A stretch of 64,000 nucleotides of DNA. It comes from Epiperipatus broadwayi (lineage: Eukaryota > Animalia > Onychophora). Shown here one piece after another: positions 1 through 13,365 of the stretch. The stretch is taken from NCBI GenBank assembly GCA_028023455.1, contig JAQFVV010000002.1:13206001-13270000 (forward strand). Reading direction: 5' to 3'. Positions within the stretch are counted from its first letter, which is position 1, and each line of letters begins with the position of its first letter. The position numbers and the translations under genes are program-made. Below the pieces are notes generated by a model that searched no databases, was not told the DNA's origin, and worked only from the letters and a program-made list of their open reading frames with translations.

Positions 1-411
1 ATTGATTATTAGATTTATGAATGCCAAATTTAAGATAAACTCTAATCAACTACCTTTTGACAGAATCATCTAGTTGCTTAGAGTGTCACCTTAAATTCAA
101 TATTCATGAATATAAAAATCAGTAGTTCAATTTCCATTCTAGACTGCTGCTAATCAAGTTAATAATGCCTAAGGAAGAGAAGATAATAATATTTGAAATG
201 ATTTTCTCTATGCTAACCTGTATTTCATTACAACCGCTGACTGTATTAGGAAAAATTATTACAAAAAATCAAGTCAGTTGGCACATGACCTAATTTAATA
301 AAGCTTGACATATGGGTGTCTGAAAAATTCAGTTTCTACTTAATAGTTATACATTAGATAAAGTGCTGGGCTTGTCCTGTGATTTTTAATCTAATGATTG
401 AATATCCTAGT

Positions 412-451
412 ACCTCACTGAAGATGCCAGTAGCAGAAACTGGTCTGAGGT
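412..451 (+). ncRNA. Minimal type I hammerhead ribozyme, core intact (family E)
   Basis: ACCTCA-CTGAAGA-TGC(CAGTA)GCA-GAAAC-TG-GTC-TGAGGT: stem I ACCTCA/TGAGGT, CUGANGA core, 3-bp stem II, GAAA, 2-bp stem III, GUC cleavage triplet. Confidence 0.8.
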
Positions 452-668
452 TGGGGGTATTCTACAAAGCTTGTTAAGAGTTTGTTTTGCAAGCTCTATA
501 TATAACATAGGAAAAATTATAAATAAAGCTTTGAATTTTTCTATAAACATTTTAACAGTTCAATTAAATGATTGAAATAATCCATCATATAATTACAAAT
601 ATAATATATTAATATTTAAAATTAATTTTATAAAATTTATATATATAAATTTCTTTTTTTTTTTCCAG

Positions 669-838
669 GTCAACGTTTTGCAATGCTAGAAGAAAAAACG
701 TTACTATCCTATTTACTCAGAAACTTTCGTGTTGAATCTGAAGAAAATATTTCAGAATTCTGTACTTTTGGACAACTCATTTTACAATCTAAAAATGAAT
801 TGCATCTTAAGATCCATAAGAGAAATTTAAACGAATAG
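669..838 (+). CDS. CYP4: Terminal exon of a CYP4-family cytochrome P450 (upstream exons outside the window)
   Basis: Polypyrimidine tract + CAG acceptor at 666-668 (phase 1), then (G)QRFAMLEEKTLLSYLLRNFRVESEENISEFCTFGQLILQSKNELHLKIHKRNLNE*. This matches the post-heme-Cys segment of CYP4C/4V-type P450s (GQ[KR]FAMLEEK..LS..LRNF). Subfamily not assignable. Confidence 0.9.
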
Positions 839-1302
839 CATTATTCATCACTTACAACAGACATAAATTAAAACATTTAGTAAATCTATTTTTTGTAAAT
901 ACTCATGTCCAACAAGTGATTAGCTGTGATTGAAAACTTTTCCATTAACGTTTTAGTAAAAATACCTTTTTTAAAATTGTACATTAAAGATCATCTATTT
1001 TTTCTCCCTTTCATAAAATACTGACTGAATCTATTAGAAATATGTTTATTATAATACAAATTGTACTAGTAAAACCCCACAATGTAACTTGAATATTTTA
1101 AACAAAAAAATTGGTATGAAAGTTTGTTTACTTGCATTCTTCTATTATCAAACTTCCTGAATAAAAAAAATGCTTCCATTCAGTTTAGCTTACATTAAAA
1201 GTAGATTTATTTTTATTTAGATAAACAAAAATGAATATTTTAATTATAAGAATTAGATTATAAAAATCAGAAATTTTACTTTAGATTTAGAAAGAATCTA
1301 TG

Positions 1303-1409
1303 TCATTAGATCGGAAGTCGAACTCTGATAATGTGCTATTTGAGTGGGCAGAGATTTATAATATTTAAAGTAATAGCGCATTTTCGGAGTTCGACTTCCG
1401 ATCTAATGA
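1303..1409. repeat. Fold-back hairpin, 38-bp arms
   Basis: 1303-1340 is the reverse complement of 1372-1409 with 3 mismatches, two of them CpG-type transitions. Confidence 0.9.
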
Positions 1410-1926
1410 TTTCAAGATTTTCAGCGCTTTATAATAATAGATAAACAATCTATATTTAACTGAAAAATTAATATCAATCAAACAAAAAGTATATAATTTA
1501 ATTTTTCTCCCATTATTAAAATAGTCACATAGCTGTTAGTATTTAAACAAATAATACTTATATAAATGTTCTTTATTGAAGAAAGCATGAAAAAATTAAA
1601 GTATTCTCATAATAATAAGACCAATTTATTGATGCTATTAATATTCATAATAATGTACTGCTGCTTATCTTTTAAAACAATTTATTTTACTGGTTATTCA
1701 TTCTTGATAAACATTTGATTATAATTATTTATATCATTAGAATATGTACATATATTGTATTATTATTGCAGTAATATTTTAATGTATTAATATTATTTCT
1801 ATGTTCACACCTTCCACACTAAAATAATATATATATATTCTCATGTATTACTGGCTATTTGTAACATAGTAGAGTCAATACATATGTAAACATTAAAATC
1901 ATAAAGCTAAACTAGTCAATAAAATA

Positions 1927-2106
1927 ATCAAAATTACCCTAAATTTACAACTAAACCAGACTAGCCAAAGAAAATAAACCACAGCCAATGGTTTCACTGT
2001 TACAAACAGATTTCTCAAGTGTAAAGTCTTGTAGTAGTGAAACCTTTGGTTGTGTTTTAGAGTTTATTTTTTCTGACTAGTCTGGTTTATTTGGGATAAT
2101 TTTGAT
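1927..2106. repeat. Imperfect fold-back, about 75-bp arms
   Basis: ATCAAAATTACCC..AAACCAGACTAG..GGTTTCACT mirrors AGTGAAACC..CTAGTCTGGTTT..GGGATAATTTTGAT. Confidence 0.75.
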
Positions 2107-5100
2107 ATTATAACAGTCAGTGCCCTCTCTGTCTCTATATCTGCCTTAATAGGGTGCCACTACGCTATTAGAGCCGAGACAAATTTAAAATGGAGGCCGA
2201 CATGTAAAGGAGAGGTTCAACTTTCATTTGACCGGTAGCCCTAGTTACTAGTTCATGGAGAAACTGAACTTTAAGATATAAAATATTTCAAACTTAAACT
2301 TTTTAATCATTACTTTCAAAATAGAATTAATAAAGATAATAAAATAAGTCACTGCCAGAACTAATGAGACAAGGTATTTATTACGCACATGCAGTTTAAA
2401 TCTTTAACATTTATTATTAAATAGATTTAATTTACATAGATCTAAAATTGCACAGATGGATGAAATTTTACATATTTTAGTATTTTCATATTTTGTTAAG
2501 CGCAAATATACTACGTAGAACACGCATTTAAAAGACTCAAATCTTGTGACTCCAGGCCAAAAGTTCACATCCAAATCAATTGATATATCAGTGTGATCAA
2601 TGCAAAATGAGAATGTTAGCACAACAAAAATCATGATTACAGGAATTTATGTCTGTATCAATTTATTAGAAGAAACATAATGATCTTCCCAATACAGGAA
2701 TGTACATCTGTCTGGTGAAGGATCACACAAATATATGTAAAAAGAAAATGCTCCTTACCTGGGGGGGGGGGGCAGTCCATTGCCAACTTATAGTTCCTAT
2801 CCTGATCATAAGAAATTAATGGCATAGGAATATTGGCAACATGATGGCTACCATTTTGGGGCCATGCATTCAACTGGGTGATCTGCACTGTATGCTAATG
2901 TGACACAAGGGAATTAGCCCAAAATTAATCCTATTTAAACCAACATAATCTTAACAATTCTATGCAATCATTTATACTTAACTTTAAATTTATTAATTTA
3001 ATTGCACATGGATAGAAATGACAATGGCAAATATATTATACATAAAATATTTAATAAATAATTTAGAATTTAATTTAATTGTCAGATAAAAGATTTTCTT
3101 TAAGAGAAATAAATTACCGTTCAGGTTTATTAAAATGGAAAGTTTATATTTTTTTAAGTTAAATAGTTCACCATTTAAATTTCATTTAAAAGTTAATATT
3201 TCTCTTTTATTTTGGGGGGATCCTCCACACTGATGCAGGTTCATTAAAAGCCATTTTTGTGGTCATTGATGCACTACACGTCCAGTTCAAATCTTTGTCT
3301 ATCATCGATTAGTAGATCTTTCCTATTAGAGAAGAATCCATTTTTGTTATGCTTTGGGAACTGCTGCACTGGAGGCCACCTCATTCAGTACAACTGAGAG
3401 AATGAAATCTATTGTGTGCCCCCTTCATTGTGGAAGTCCATAATACAGGTACAAAAATATTTTTAATCAAATAACCAATAATTCTAAAATAATCTAATTC
3501 TTCCTTTTATATTATTTAGTATTCCTTATCACCAAAATCCAGAATCGATCTCTTTATGGCTTAGTGCAGATCTTATTGGCAATGGTGATTTTTTTTTCTC
3601 TGGACTGTGTATTCATATGAATCTTTACTGGTTAGTTTTCTTTAGAGTGGAAAACGCTAATATTATCTTATCACTAGTAATTTTTATTTCTCTGATCTGA
3701 CTTACAATCTGTTAAATTTCCCAAAGGCCTGTTTTCCATTACATTTCAATAAAAATTCATTTCCATTCTACTATAGTTTAAAAACAGCTTTTATTTTCTT
3801 TATATTCCTTAAAATAATCTTTTGTTTTTAGATTTTAATTTTTCCTTATCACTTTTAACTTTAACTAATTATTTAATTAGTTTACCATCTGTGCATTTTT
3901 TATATCAATTTCAATAAATTTTGTTTATTGATCTTTTTTTATATTTTCATTTGAGAGCAATGTAATGGCATATTTATACTGTTACAATATATATATATAT
4001 AATTTTTCATGGTTATATGATATAAATAAAATAGTTTTTGTGTTAAACCGTGTGTTAGTTTGATTAATTCCCAACATTTCCACAAAATAGGTTTTTTTTA
4101 ATAATAATCTGGATAAAATTTTTGCTATGATATAACCAAGCAAACAACTAATTCAAACTGGCAATGCAAGTTGAATCACATCCTCTAGTAATAATATTTG
4201 CTTGTCTTACATTAGGTGAAAAATGAAACCAATTTTAGCTATTATTCTAGATTATGTAAGAATGGTAAGTCAGACATCAATACTTTATGCGTGTAAAAAT
4301 TTAAAATTTAACTTCCTTTTATTTTGAAAAGCACTCCAGCCTGTTCTGCAAAGAATTATTATATTAAATTCAAAAGGCTTTTTTTATAATGATTTGTCAT
4401 TTCTTTAATGATATATACTTATAAATTATTAAAGAAATACTAAGATATATGTAGTCATCCAAGATTTATGTAAGCATATCCTTATATATATATAACAACA
4501 TCAATAAATCACATCATGAATGAGTGTATAAACAAAAAAATAAGCTAATCACTAATATCTATGCAAAGAAAAACTGGTAACTATCTTGGCATTATACGTG
4601 TATTTCTTCCCATAACAGGGAATATTTTTCAGGTGTCCCTGGAAACATATACCATCACTAAATTAATGCATAGATGCAATGACATATTTAAATTAGTAAT
4701 ATGTATTTTTATTCAAAAATGCAAAAAAAATATCTGTGAAAACTACATATACACATGTGAGCCAGAATCTTTATTTATATGATTATTACATATAATTTAT
4801 TAAACATGGGATTTGATAGCTGGCATTTGATTTTTTCATTTGAATAATAATAAAACTTACTGGATACGATCTTTATTTTTAAAAAGAATATTTCTGAAAC
4901 CATTGATGTATCAGAGCAAGTAGTTTGGACACTATTTTCAATTTTTTTTTAATTCTATAGTAGCAACAGTATTGTTGTTGCTGGCCATAACATCTCAAAT
5001 TGTTTTGTTTTAAATTTATATCAATGTTGGAATCTATGCAATCACCCTCTATTTGCAATGAATGTCTTGGAGTCATCCATTTCAGATTTTCAGCTAACGC

Positions 5101-5444
5101 TTTAAGTTTTCTAATGTAATACAGCAATGCCTACAAAAATATTCCAGTTAAGATTTTCTATAAATGTAATGATTTAAACAAAAAATTGTTTTATAATATT
5201 GCTAAAACTAGCCAATTCAGGAATCCAAACAACAATCACAAAAATGTGCTTTTCTCTTTTCATTATTTTTGTAGCAGGTGATTCATTTATTTTGAACATA
5301 TGACCATTTTGAAACATGATTTTTTTCTTTCACTTTAAAATCAATAACTTTTTGTTTCATTGCATAAAGTGTTTCACAAATTCTCTTGAATTTTGTAGAA
5401 TTTTTAGCTTTATGCTTAGAAAACATTTTATTAAATGAAATATT

Positions 5445-5710
5445 AAACAGGCAAAACTCTCCATACAGTAGTGCCGCCCTGTGACAACCAGAGTAATCAA
5501 TGGATGCCAGAAGGCTTGTGCATAAAATCCCCATCTAGTGCTACACATCCAATATCCCCAGACTAGTTTCTGGTTTGTGGCCTTTGTCAGTGAGGAGCCT
5601 TGGATCTGAGAGCACTGCACCTAGATCTTAGGATCTAATGCAACCCTCTAGCAGTTTTGTCTGTTTAATAACAGTTATGTGCTAGCATAAGAGATGGTGA
5701 TCATGTGATG
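5445..5710. mobile_element. Family A hammerhead element, head-to-head insertion with 14-bp TSD
   Basis: Minus-sense arm 5445-5650 with hammerhead at 5555-5596 (core CTGACAA, mutated), then a plus-sense 3'-end fragment 5652-5710. TTAAATGAAATATT at 5431-5444 and 5711-5724. Confidence 0.8.
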
Positions 5711-6176
5711 TTAAATGAAATATTGTATCAAACTTTTGGAATTAAAAAATACATGTTCTTTCAAACGATTTTTCATGAATAAAATGTGATTAATAAACAA
5801 AATCACTTAAGTCTAAGATTTTTACACAGTGAATATGTTCCAAGATTACAAAAGATATTTTTGTTTAGTTACATTTCTGTAGGGGCGTAACATATAATTG
5901 AAATACAATTTATATTGATATAGTGCATAACATAGCTTAACTGTGTATTATATTACTTTAATTTTTCAGATAAAAGTTAATATAAAAAATAAACATAAAA
6001 ATAAAAACATCAAAAAAATTGTTATAAACATATCTATATATGTTATATTATATAACATACTTTGTATTATTATTTAATTATTGCATATTACTAGTTCTTG
6101 AAATATTTTTTTGTTTTATTTATAATACTATATTTAAATGAATAATACTGTAATAACATATACAAATTGACTTTAA

Positions 6177-6360
6177 GTAATATTTACTAAGGCAATAAAC
6201 CTCAAGAGTGTGTGCTTAAAAATGCGAAGGTAGGGACCTCTATAGGTCTTAACTACAAGCTTACGCTTTGGAAGCACATTTTCAAGTGCACACTCTTGAG
6301 GTTTATTGCCTTAGTAAATATTACTTACGTAATCAATGTGCATTAAATAAATTTATAATT
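6177..6360. mobile_element. Fold-back insertion with 15-bp TSD
   Basis: About 51-bp arms (6174-6224 / 6277-6327). ACAAATTGACTTTAA at 6162-6176 and 6361-6375. The spacer motif TAGGGACCTCTAYAGGTCT recurs near 32794. Confidence 0.8.
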
Positions 6361-8299
6361 ACAAATTGACTTTAAACAGAATCTATTTTACAGTTTCTTA
6401 GGAATATAATTACATTATCACATCATGGGAATATAAATATTTAAAAATTTAGTTGACTAGGAAAAGGAATTATATAATTAATTGGGAATTAGCAAAAAAA
6501 TAGAATAGGGTTGATTAAAACCTAGCATGATTTTTGTGTGACAAATATGAAGTATATACAATAATTTAGAAAAGAATAATATCTATTTTAATATCCGGAA
6601 ATGAGGATGAGAAAATTTTAAATAGAATTCAAAAAGAAATGGGTAGGCATGCAGTCATAATAAATTGTGGAATGCAAATGAAGCTTTTCAAGATAAAAGG
6701 ATGTAAACAACTTTTTAATGATAATAATTAAAAGCAAATTTAAAATATTCGGAAAATTACAAAATATGAATAAATAGGTTATGCTTTGATACTCCACCAT
6801 TTTAAATAACTTTGTTTTAGGATTTTTTACTTGAATAAATAGATTAGTTAAAACAGTGTTTAATTGTATTATATAGAAATAGTAACATACACATTAAGCA
6901 AGAAAGATTTTACAATATATAAAGTTAATAGATAAAGAATATATATAATTAAAATGTAATAAATATGTGAAGAATACATTAAAGTTACGAAATTATGAGG
7001 TGTGGAAAAAAATAAATGTTAGTTAAAGAAAAAGGAATATTTTTTAGAAAATAAAAAAATTTATTTGTCGTTGTAATTGAATATAAAAAACATAGGATGT
7101 GTAATACGTAGCACTAGAATGAGTTTATTATTTGATATAAGAACAGAAGCTTTAGATAACAGGGGGAAAGGCAAAAATAGATTGAGGATTTAGATCATGC
7201 ATAAATGAGAGAGAGTATTGAACATTTAATTTTCAAATGGACAATAGTGAAAGCATATCAAAATAAATTATAGGAAGAACAAAGAAACATAAAGAAAATA
7301 AAAAGAGTAGAAGTTACTTTTGTTTAGGTGCTGTTTCCCCAGGGGATTCTTGCAATACTAGTTGGGTAGCATCGATAAATTTTATTTGACAAAATAAATA
7401 CAAATCAAACTTAACCAAACTACTTTATTCAAATGCAAACTTAATATATATAAATAAACATAAAAGAACTGCAATTAAAAATAATTTTGTAATCTTAAAG
7501 TCCATGATAATCTGTGGTTTGTGTAATCTGATTACTTCATATGTGCAGTAATCTGATATAGTCTATGTTTATATGTGTTATCCTTACTAAGGCTTCTTGC
7601 ACATATGCAGATAATATTACATCTTAACAGTATGCAGACAACTTTACAAATTTGCTTACATATATATTACATCATTTCAGGGGGTTATATTAGTCAAATT
7701 CTGCATAATCTAACCTCATTAAGAGATATTATCTTTTAATATTTTCAAAGGTAGTCTATGTCAAATGTAAATTTTCTAAAGCACAGTAATACTGAAGAGG
7801 ATATTTTGTTCATGTATTATCTATTAGATATTTGTAATAGAATTATAAATATGAAGTTAGGATAATGGAATTATTGAAACAGTTTTGATTACAAAAAGAA
7901 ATGAGAATAATACAAAAATCTGAAGTAGAAGAGTTAAAGTAGCATATAATGTTTTCAGTGGGAAAGAGTAATTAACAGAATCTCTAAGTATGTGCACAGA
8001 AATTTCTGACTTCATCTAAGAATATGAGAGTTACAAATAACAGAAAACTGCTTAAAAAATTTTAATTATTAAATAATATTTAAATTATTTTTATGATTAC
8101 AGCATTTATTAATTCATAAAGATACAGCACAAAGAAAGAATTTAATGCTTTTTCTTAAATATATACCATAGTTACTATATTAAAATTAATTAAATAAAAC
8201 CTTTTAAAAAATAATCCATATTAACAAAATTTATTATAATAACTAAGGGGGCTATTGCCTTTGGCATTCAACATCCTGGGACTCACTCACTCATCCATA

Positions 8300-8510
8300 C
8301 TCTTTAGCCAGAGCTGTTGCAAAAATGTTTATTTCTAACACTTCTTTCCATACAATATATATAGGGCGTTTTTGAAATTCCAACAGAATTACATTAAAGT
8401 TGAAAGAAGTTAGAAAAGAATGGTTTAATGTATTACATAAAATCGTCACATTATTTTTTGCAAAAATTCTTGGGGTAGACGCTTGTTTATAAGGTCTATT
8501 TCTGAAAGCA
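8300..8510 (-). pseudogene. Possible decayed F-box/LRR (FBXL2/FBXL20-like) exon
   Basis: After an acceptor-like TTTCAG: SEIDLINKRLPQEFLQKI (cf. INKKLPKELLLRI), then across frameshifts and stops NVTILCN, LLEFQKR, FLQQLWLKS. Similarity judged from memory only. Confidence 0.35.
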
Positions 8511-9050
8511 GGATCATTTATAGCCAAAAAAGAGAAATTGAAAGAATGCAATAACAAAGATTTGGTTTCAAATTATTTTTTCCAAAAACAACATTTAAAG
8601 ATTCAAATATCTTCAGCCTCCCAATTTTCAACCACAGTCTGTGTTACGTGAAATCATCACAGCTGTTAGCTACATAAAAACTCTAGAATAATATTAAATT
8701 TAAATTTTTTTTAAAAAAAAAAACTCTATAAGTTACATTTATAAAATTAAGTTCTATTTTTCCCAGTTAAAAAAGTTGGTGTAACTATTTCATAAAATGC
8801 AACTTTACTCTTGTTTCTTTAGCACATATTTAAGGGGCCAGAGCAAGTTGATTGTTAAATATAAATAATTTATTAATATTTTTTCAGAATACTGTATTTG
8901 TTACAACAGATGTCTTAATAACAGTTTGTGTTATTTTTCTAATAGTAGCCAGATAAAAGAAATTTACATAAGGGATTTTTAATGGATTGTGTCATTTGGT
9001 TCTATTTCATTTACTATTTTATATAGAAAGAGTGGATAAATACTTAAGCC

Positions 9051-9152
9051 GTCAAGCGTTGGTGGTCGAGAGGTCAGCACAGTAGTCTTACAAGCAGTTG
9101 TCCCGGGTTTGCGGGTTCGCTTCCCGGCCAATGCTCTGACATATGAGAAAAA
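9051..9152 (+). mobile_element. tRNA-derived SINE, copy 1
   Basis: A-box TGGTCGAGAGG, B-box GGTTCGCTTCC, A-tail; 13-bp TSD AAATACTTAAGCC at 9038-9050 and 9153-9165. Confidence 0.85.
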
Positions 9153-10204
9153 AAATACTTAAGCCAAAATTTTAAACAGCAAGCTATTGCTTTTTATGGG
9201 CTGATTCCAAATTATTATTTAATATTAAAAGATAAGTATATACAGATAGATAAATTGATAGGTGGGAGATTATTTTATTATTAATTTAATCTACCAATTT
9301 ATAGTCTATTCATTAATTGACTTAAGAAACCACAATATCACACATTATAAATAATGATGCTAAAAAAATTTATCATAATATTTTTTTTTTTTTTTGAAAA
9401 CATTTTAATCCATCTTCCCAATCACTATACAGTATAGTATATAAAAAGATGTTTGATCAAATAAACTTGCTCGTAAATCGTTTTATATACGTGCATAATT
9501 CATCAATAATACTTTTAATATACACTATATATTTTATTAAAAGGCTATTTTTAAATAAGTAAATAGGTTTTTTTTTAATTTTTTTTCTTTCAACAAATTA
9601 AATGCTTAATATTTTCTGTAAAAAGAAAAAAAATACTCCAAATGACTGGTTCTTTTTTTTTTTTAATGATATAACGACATTCTCTCTATATATAACACAT
9701 ATATGGTTGTGTGTGCGTAATGTATTTGCTCAGTAAATTAAATAACTAAAATGCAGATTTTTTTTTTTCTAATTTTTGTTATTTAAAGTTTTATTTTTAA
9801 TATTAAATTAAATGAAACCGTAAATATGGATACATGAGGAGGGGGGATGTTGCAATAATTCTTTTTAAAAGTTAACAAATGTGACCAATAACAGCTTATT
9901 AAACTTTACATTGGTATATATGGATAAAATAAGCAAAATGCAGATGGAAATTATTAGTTTTAAAAAATAGATTTTTTTTATAGTATAAATATTTCTTTTT
10001 TGTATCAAATAGTCCATTAGAAAATGTTATATGTAACAAATTTGTACCATTTTGATTCCTTAATTGCTAAAACTTTTTTTTCACAACTTTGTGATTCATG
10101 AAATATTTTTTTCTGTCTTTAATGAATTGCTATCTGACAGTATTGAAATTATATATAATATTCTTTAGTTACAATAGAAAGAGAGAAAATCTTATGGCAT
10201 AAGT

Positions 10205-10693
10205 CAGGACCAATCAGAGGAGGGGCAGCTAACCCAGGCCTCACAATATTAGGGATCTCAACATCGCAACTCAATATGTTAAACAATATAGGAGAAGGCA
10301 AAGCGATGTCATGGTTCATAGAATGGTCTTAATTTTACAGATAAATTCCCCCAAAAAATATTTGAGAAAAATTTTCCCAAGCAACATAAGCCAGTTTAGG
10401 GATGATGTGCCAATTTGTCAACTCTGCATGACTGCAGCGACTGGCAGTCAGTTCTGTGCTAACAGTGTTTTCTGATACTAATAGTGCTAGAGTGAATCTA
10501 CCCTATCCAAGTGCTATCTGATCTTCTTGCTTGTTTTTGCGACTCGTAACTAACTGCTCCCAGAGTCCTGTTTTCGGCCCTGTAAGTAAAAACTCATTTC
10601 TTGTCTCTCTCTCCCCACGTTCTTATTTTAAATTTTGAAGGGCCTCTAAAATATTAGTTGCTCCAGGCCACGCATTTTCTCTGAAAGGCCCTG
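10205..10693. mobile_element. Non-autonomous hAT-like element (MITE)
   Basis: GC-richer block with termini CAGGACC / GGCCCTG (CAGGGCC-type TIR) and a degenerate 8-bp TSD GCATAAGT (10197-10204) / GCATTATT (10694-10701). Confidence 0.55.
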
Positions 10694-11135
10694 GCATTAT
10701 TGCTCAGGAATTCATAAAAAGTTTGATTGCCAGAGCCAATCCTGGTATCTCCTTATCCCAAGTCGAACACTACCAACAATGCCTAATAATACAGGTTTTT
10801 TTTTTAGTTATAATGTGATCATATTTTAGAATATTTATAATAATAAATTTTTAAAAAAAATCGTTTTAAAAAAAAGGGTAATTTTCATCTCCCTTATTTT
10901 TAAAATCATAGTTCTGAAATGTTACTACCCTTACTTCCTCCTCAAATTCATGACTTAAAAAAAATGATTCACTTTATAAATATTAGAATCCATCCTATGT
11001 AGAAGTGCAAAAGAAATTTTACACATTAGTGATTGCAGAAATAAATATATTATAAATTGGAACTGTTTCACCAATAGATATAAAAAAAATTATTTATTTA
11101 ATTAAAAAAGTTCAATGGAATGTAACCATTATAAA

Positions 11136-11309
11136 AATGTGACTATCTGGTAATTAATAAAATTACAAAAAAGGTAATTTTTTTTAATATTTAGCTTTAT
11201 AATTGCCTAGCATATGTTATATTGAAAGCATACCAGGCAGTAATAAAGCTAAACATTAAAAAAACTACCTTTCCTGTAAGTATTTCCATTAATTACCAGA
11301 TATTACATT
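11136..11309. repeat. Imperfect fold-back, about 80-bp arms
   Basis: AATGTGACTATCTGGTAATTAAT..TTTAGCTTTAT..TTGCCT mirrors AGGCAG..ATAAAGCTAAA..ATTAATTACCAGATATTACATT. Confidence 0.75.
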
Positions 11310-11442
11310 GGCTCAGAAAAGAAGAAAATTAGTAAGTAATTGTTGAATTACAAAACGTGTGTCAATTAATTTCAAAAAATGTTTATCATCTTCAAGAAGT
11401 ATAATAACTATTCTTTCTTATTGCATTGCCAAATGTATACCA

Positions 11443-11634
11443 TATAATACTAAATCATCCATGCACTTTACTACTGTCACACAATGTTTTATTTACCACC
11501 CTCTTTTACAGTTTTGATTGCCCCAGCAATTTGTTTTGAAGAAGATTGCTGGGGCAATCAAAACTTTAAAGAGGGTGGTAAATAAAGCATTGTATAACAG
11601 TAGTAAAGTGCATGGATGATTTAGTATTATACGA
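11443..11634. mobile_element. Family D hammerhead fold-back insertion with TSD
   Basis: About 88-bp arms around a 15-nt spacer. The plus arm begins (T)TGAAGAAG-ATTGCTGGGGCAATC-AAAAC, a decayed hammerhead. TSD CAAATGTATACCA (11430-11442) / CAAATGTTTATCA (11635-11647). Confidence 0.8.
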
Positions 11635-13365
11635 CAAATGTTTATCATTAAAGTATTGGAATATTTAAAAAGCCCAACTTTTATAATATTGAAGGATACA
11701 TTATGTGCAATTTATTGCAAAAATATTTTTATGATAGTCCAAACCCTTCATATTAGAGTCATGATCTGTATCTATCATTAATAGATTTAATTATTTTTTG
11801 AATCAATGCATTAAGCCATTCTTCGATGGTAATTACTTTAGTATTCTGATGTAGTAAGTATTCTTGTAAAACCAAACAAATTTTCAATATTCTTGTAAAA
11901 CCAAACAAATTTTCAAACAATTGAAATTCAAAATGAAGTAGAAGAGATGTTCGACTATGATGTATATTTTTGTTTTAATATTATAAACTTATATATTAAA
12001 TTTATGTTTTTTTAATATTGTAATGACATGTAACATAATAATTCAGTCAGGTATGCACATAAAACCTACTAAATTTTCTTGAATGAAAATAACTCATTAA
12101 AAATTTCTTATTTATCATATTTTTAAAAGTGTATTTTGTAATAGATTAATTAAAAAAATTGTAATACTTTTTATATATCTTAAATATATTTTTTAAACTA
12201 TGTACAAATGAAAAAATAAAACCTATATAATGGTAATATAAAGTTTAATGTTTTTGTTTTAATTATTTTGCTATTCATCATCTTTATTCATCATATTCCC
12301 AATAAAGTGACAGACTCAAGGGCTAATGGTCCCTAGCACCCTTCTCAGCTATGTAAAAAAAAAGAAACAAAACTTAATCTGTCAACTGAATGGAACTGAT
12401 GTAATCATTCCACCACTTGAGTATTAAAATGTCACATGATCTACTGAACAACATAATATTTTTTATTTTATCACATGATTGATATTACATATCTGTTATT
12501 ATTAGTTGTTATCAAATTGTCAGAGTTCTAGTGATCACATGATTGATATAATGTATTCATTAAATTTTGAAAATAGTATGTGGAAGTACTTTATTATTAG
12601 CAGTTTGGAATGATGTTTTGTTGGCATGAATGGAATCAATCATCATTGATATCCTATATTGCTGTGGCCAGTATGAATATTAGAATGATTAAAAAATAAA
12701 ACAAATAAGAGATAATAAAAATAAGGGGGGGGGGGAATATGCACACTCTTCTAATGAATGATCATTAAGAGGGACATGTAAAACTCTGTGTAGATTTTAG
12801 TACAAGAAATATATTTGATATAAAAAAACAATTACACCAAATTGTGAAATAAATACGTGTATATCTATTGGAGCTTGTTATCATAACAGGTGGCTATCAG
12901 ATATTGTTACAGTTGTTTAATTTCTCCAATTGATTAATGTATATATTTATATATAATCATTAAAATCAGTTAACACTTAGATAATAATAATCAACAATCT
13001 CACTTTGATACATTCATTGCTTGTGCTATATACATAGATATAAGCAAGCTTTTAAATAAATAATTATAGGGATAAATAAATATGTTTTGAATAAATAATT
13101 GTACTTGATAAATAAGTTTAGAATTATATTTAATTAGTGAAGATGTACAAACTTTAATTAAAACTGTAAGTGATAAATAGATTAGACTAATCTGGACATA
13201 TCTAAAATCAAATTAATAGTAAAAATTAATAAGTAGAAATAGATAGTAGAATAAAATATGAGAATACCAACAGAAGATATTTATATAAGCTAGATCAAAT
13301 AGTTTGTTGTACTTTTTCTTACATACAAGAACTCTCCAAATGTTTTTGTTGACTAACCTTAGATT

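Noticed and set aside
3200-3900. Possible PHD-finger tail of a decayed transposase (minus strand, LQCSSSQS)
   Set aside because: Too many stops and missing Cys/His to support.
9051-9152. Functional tRNA gene
   Set aside because: Irregular arms with insertions, A-tail and TSD; five diverged copies indicate a SINE.
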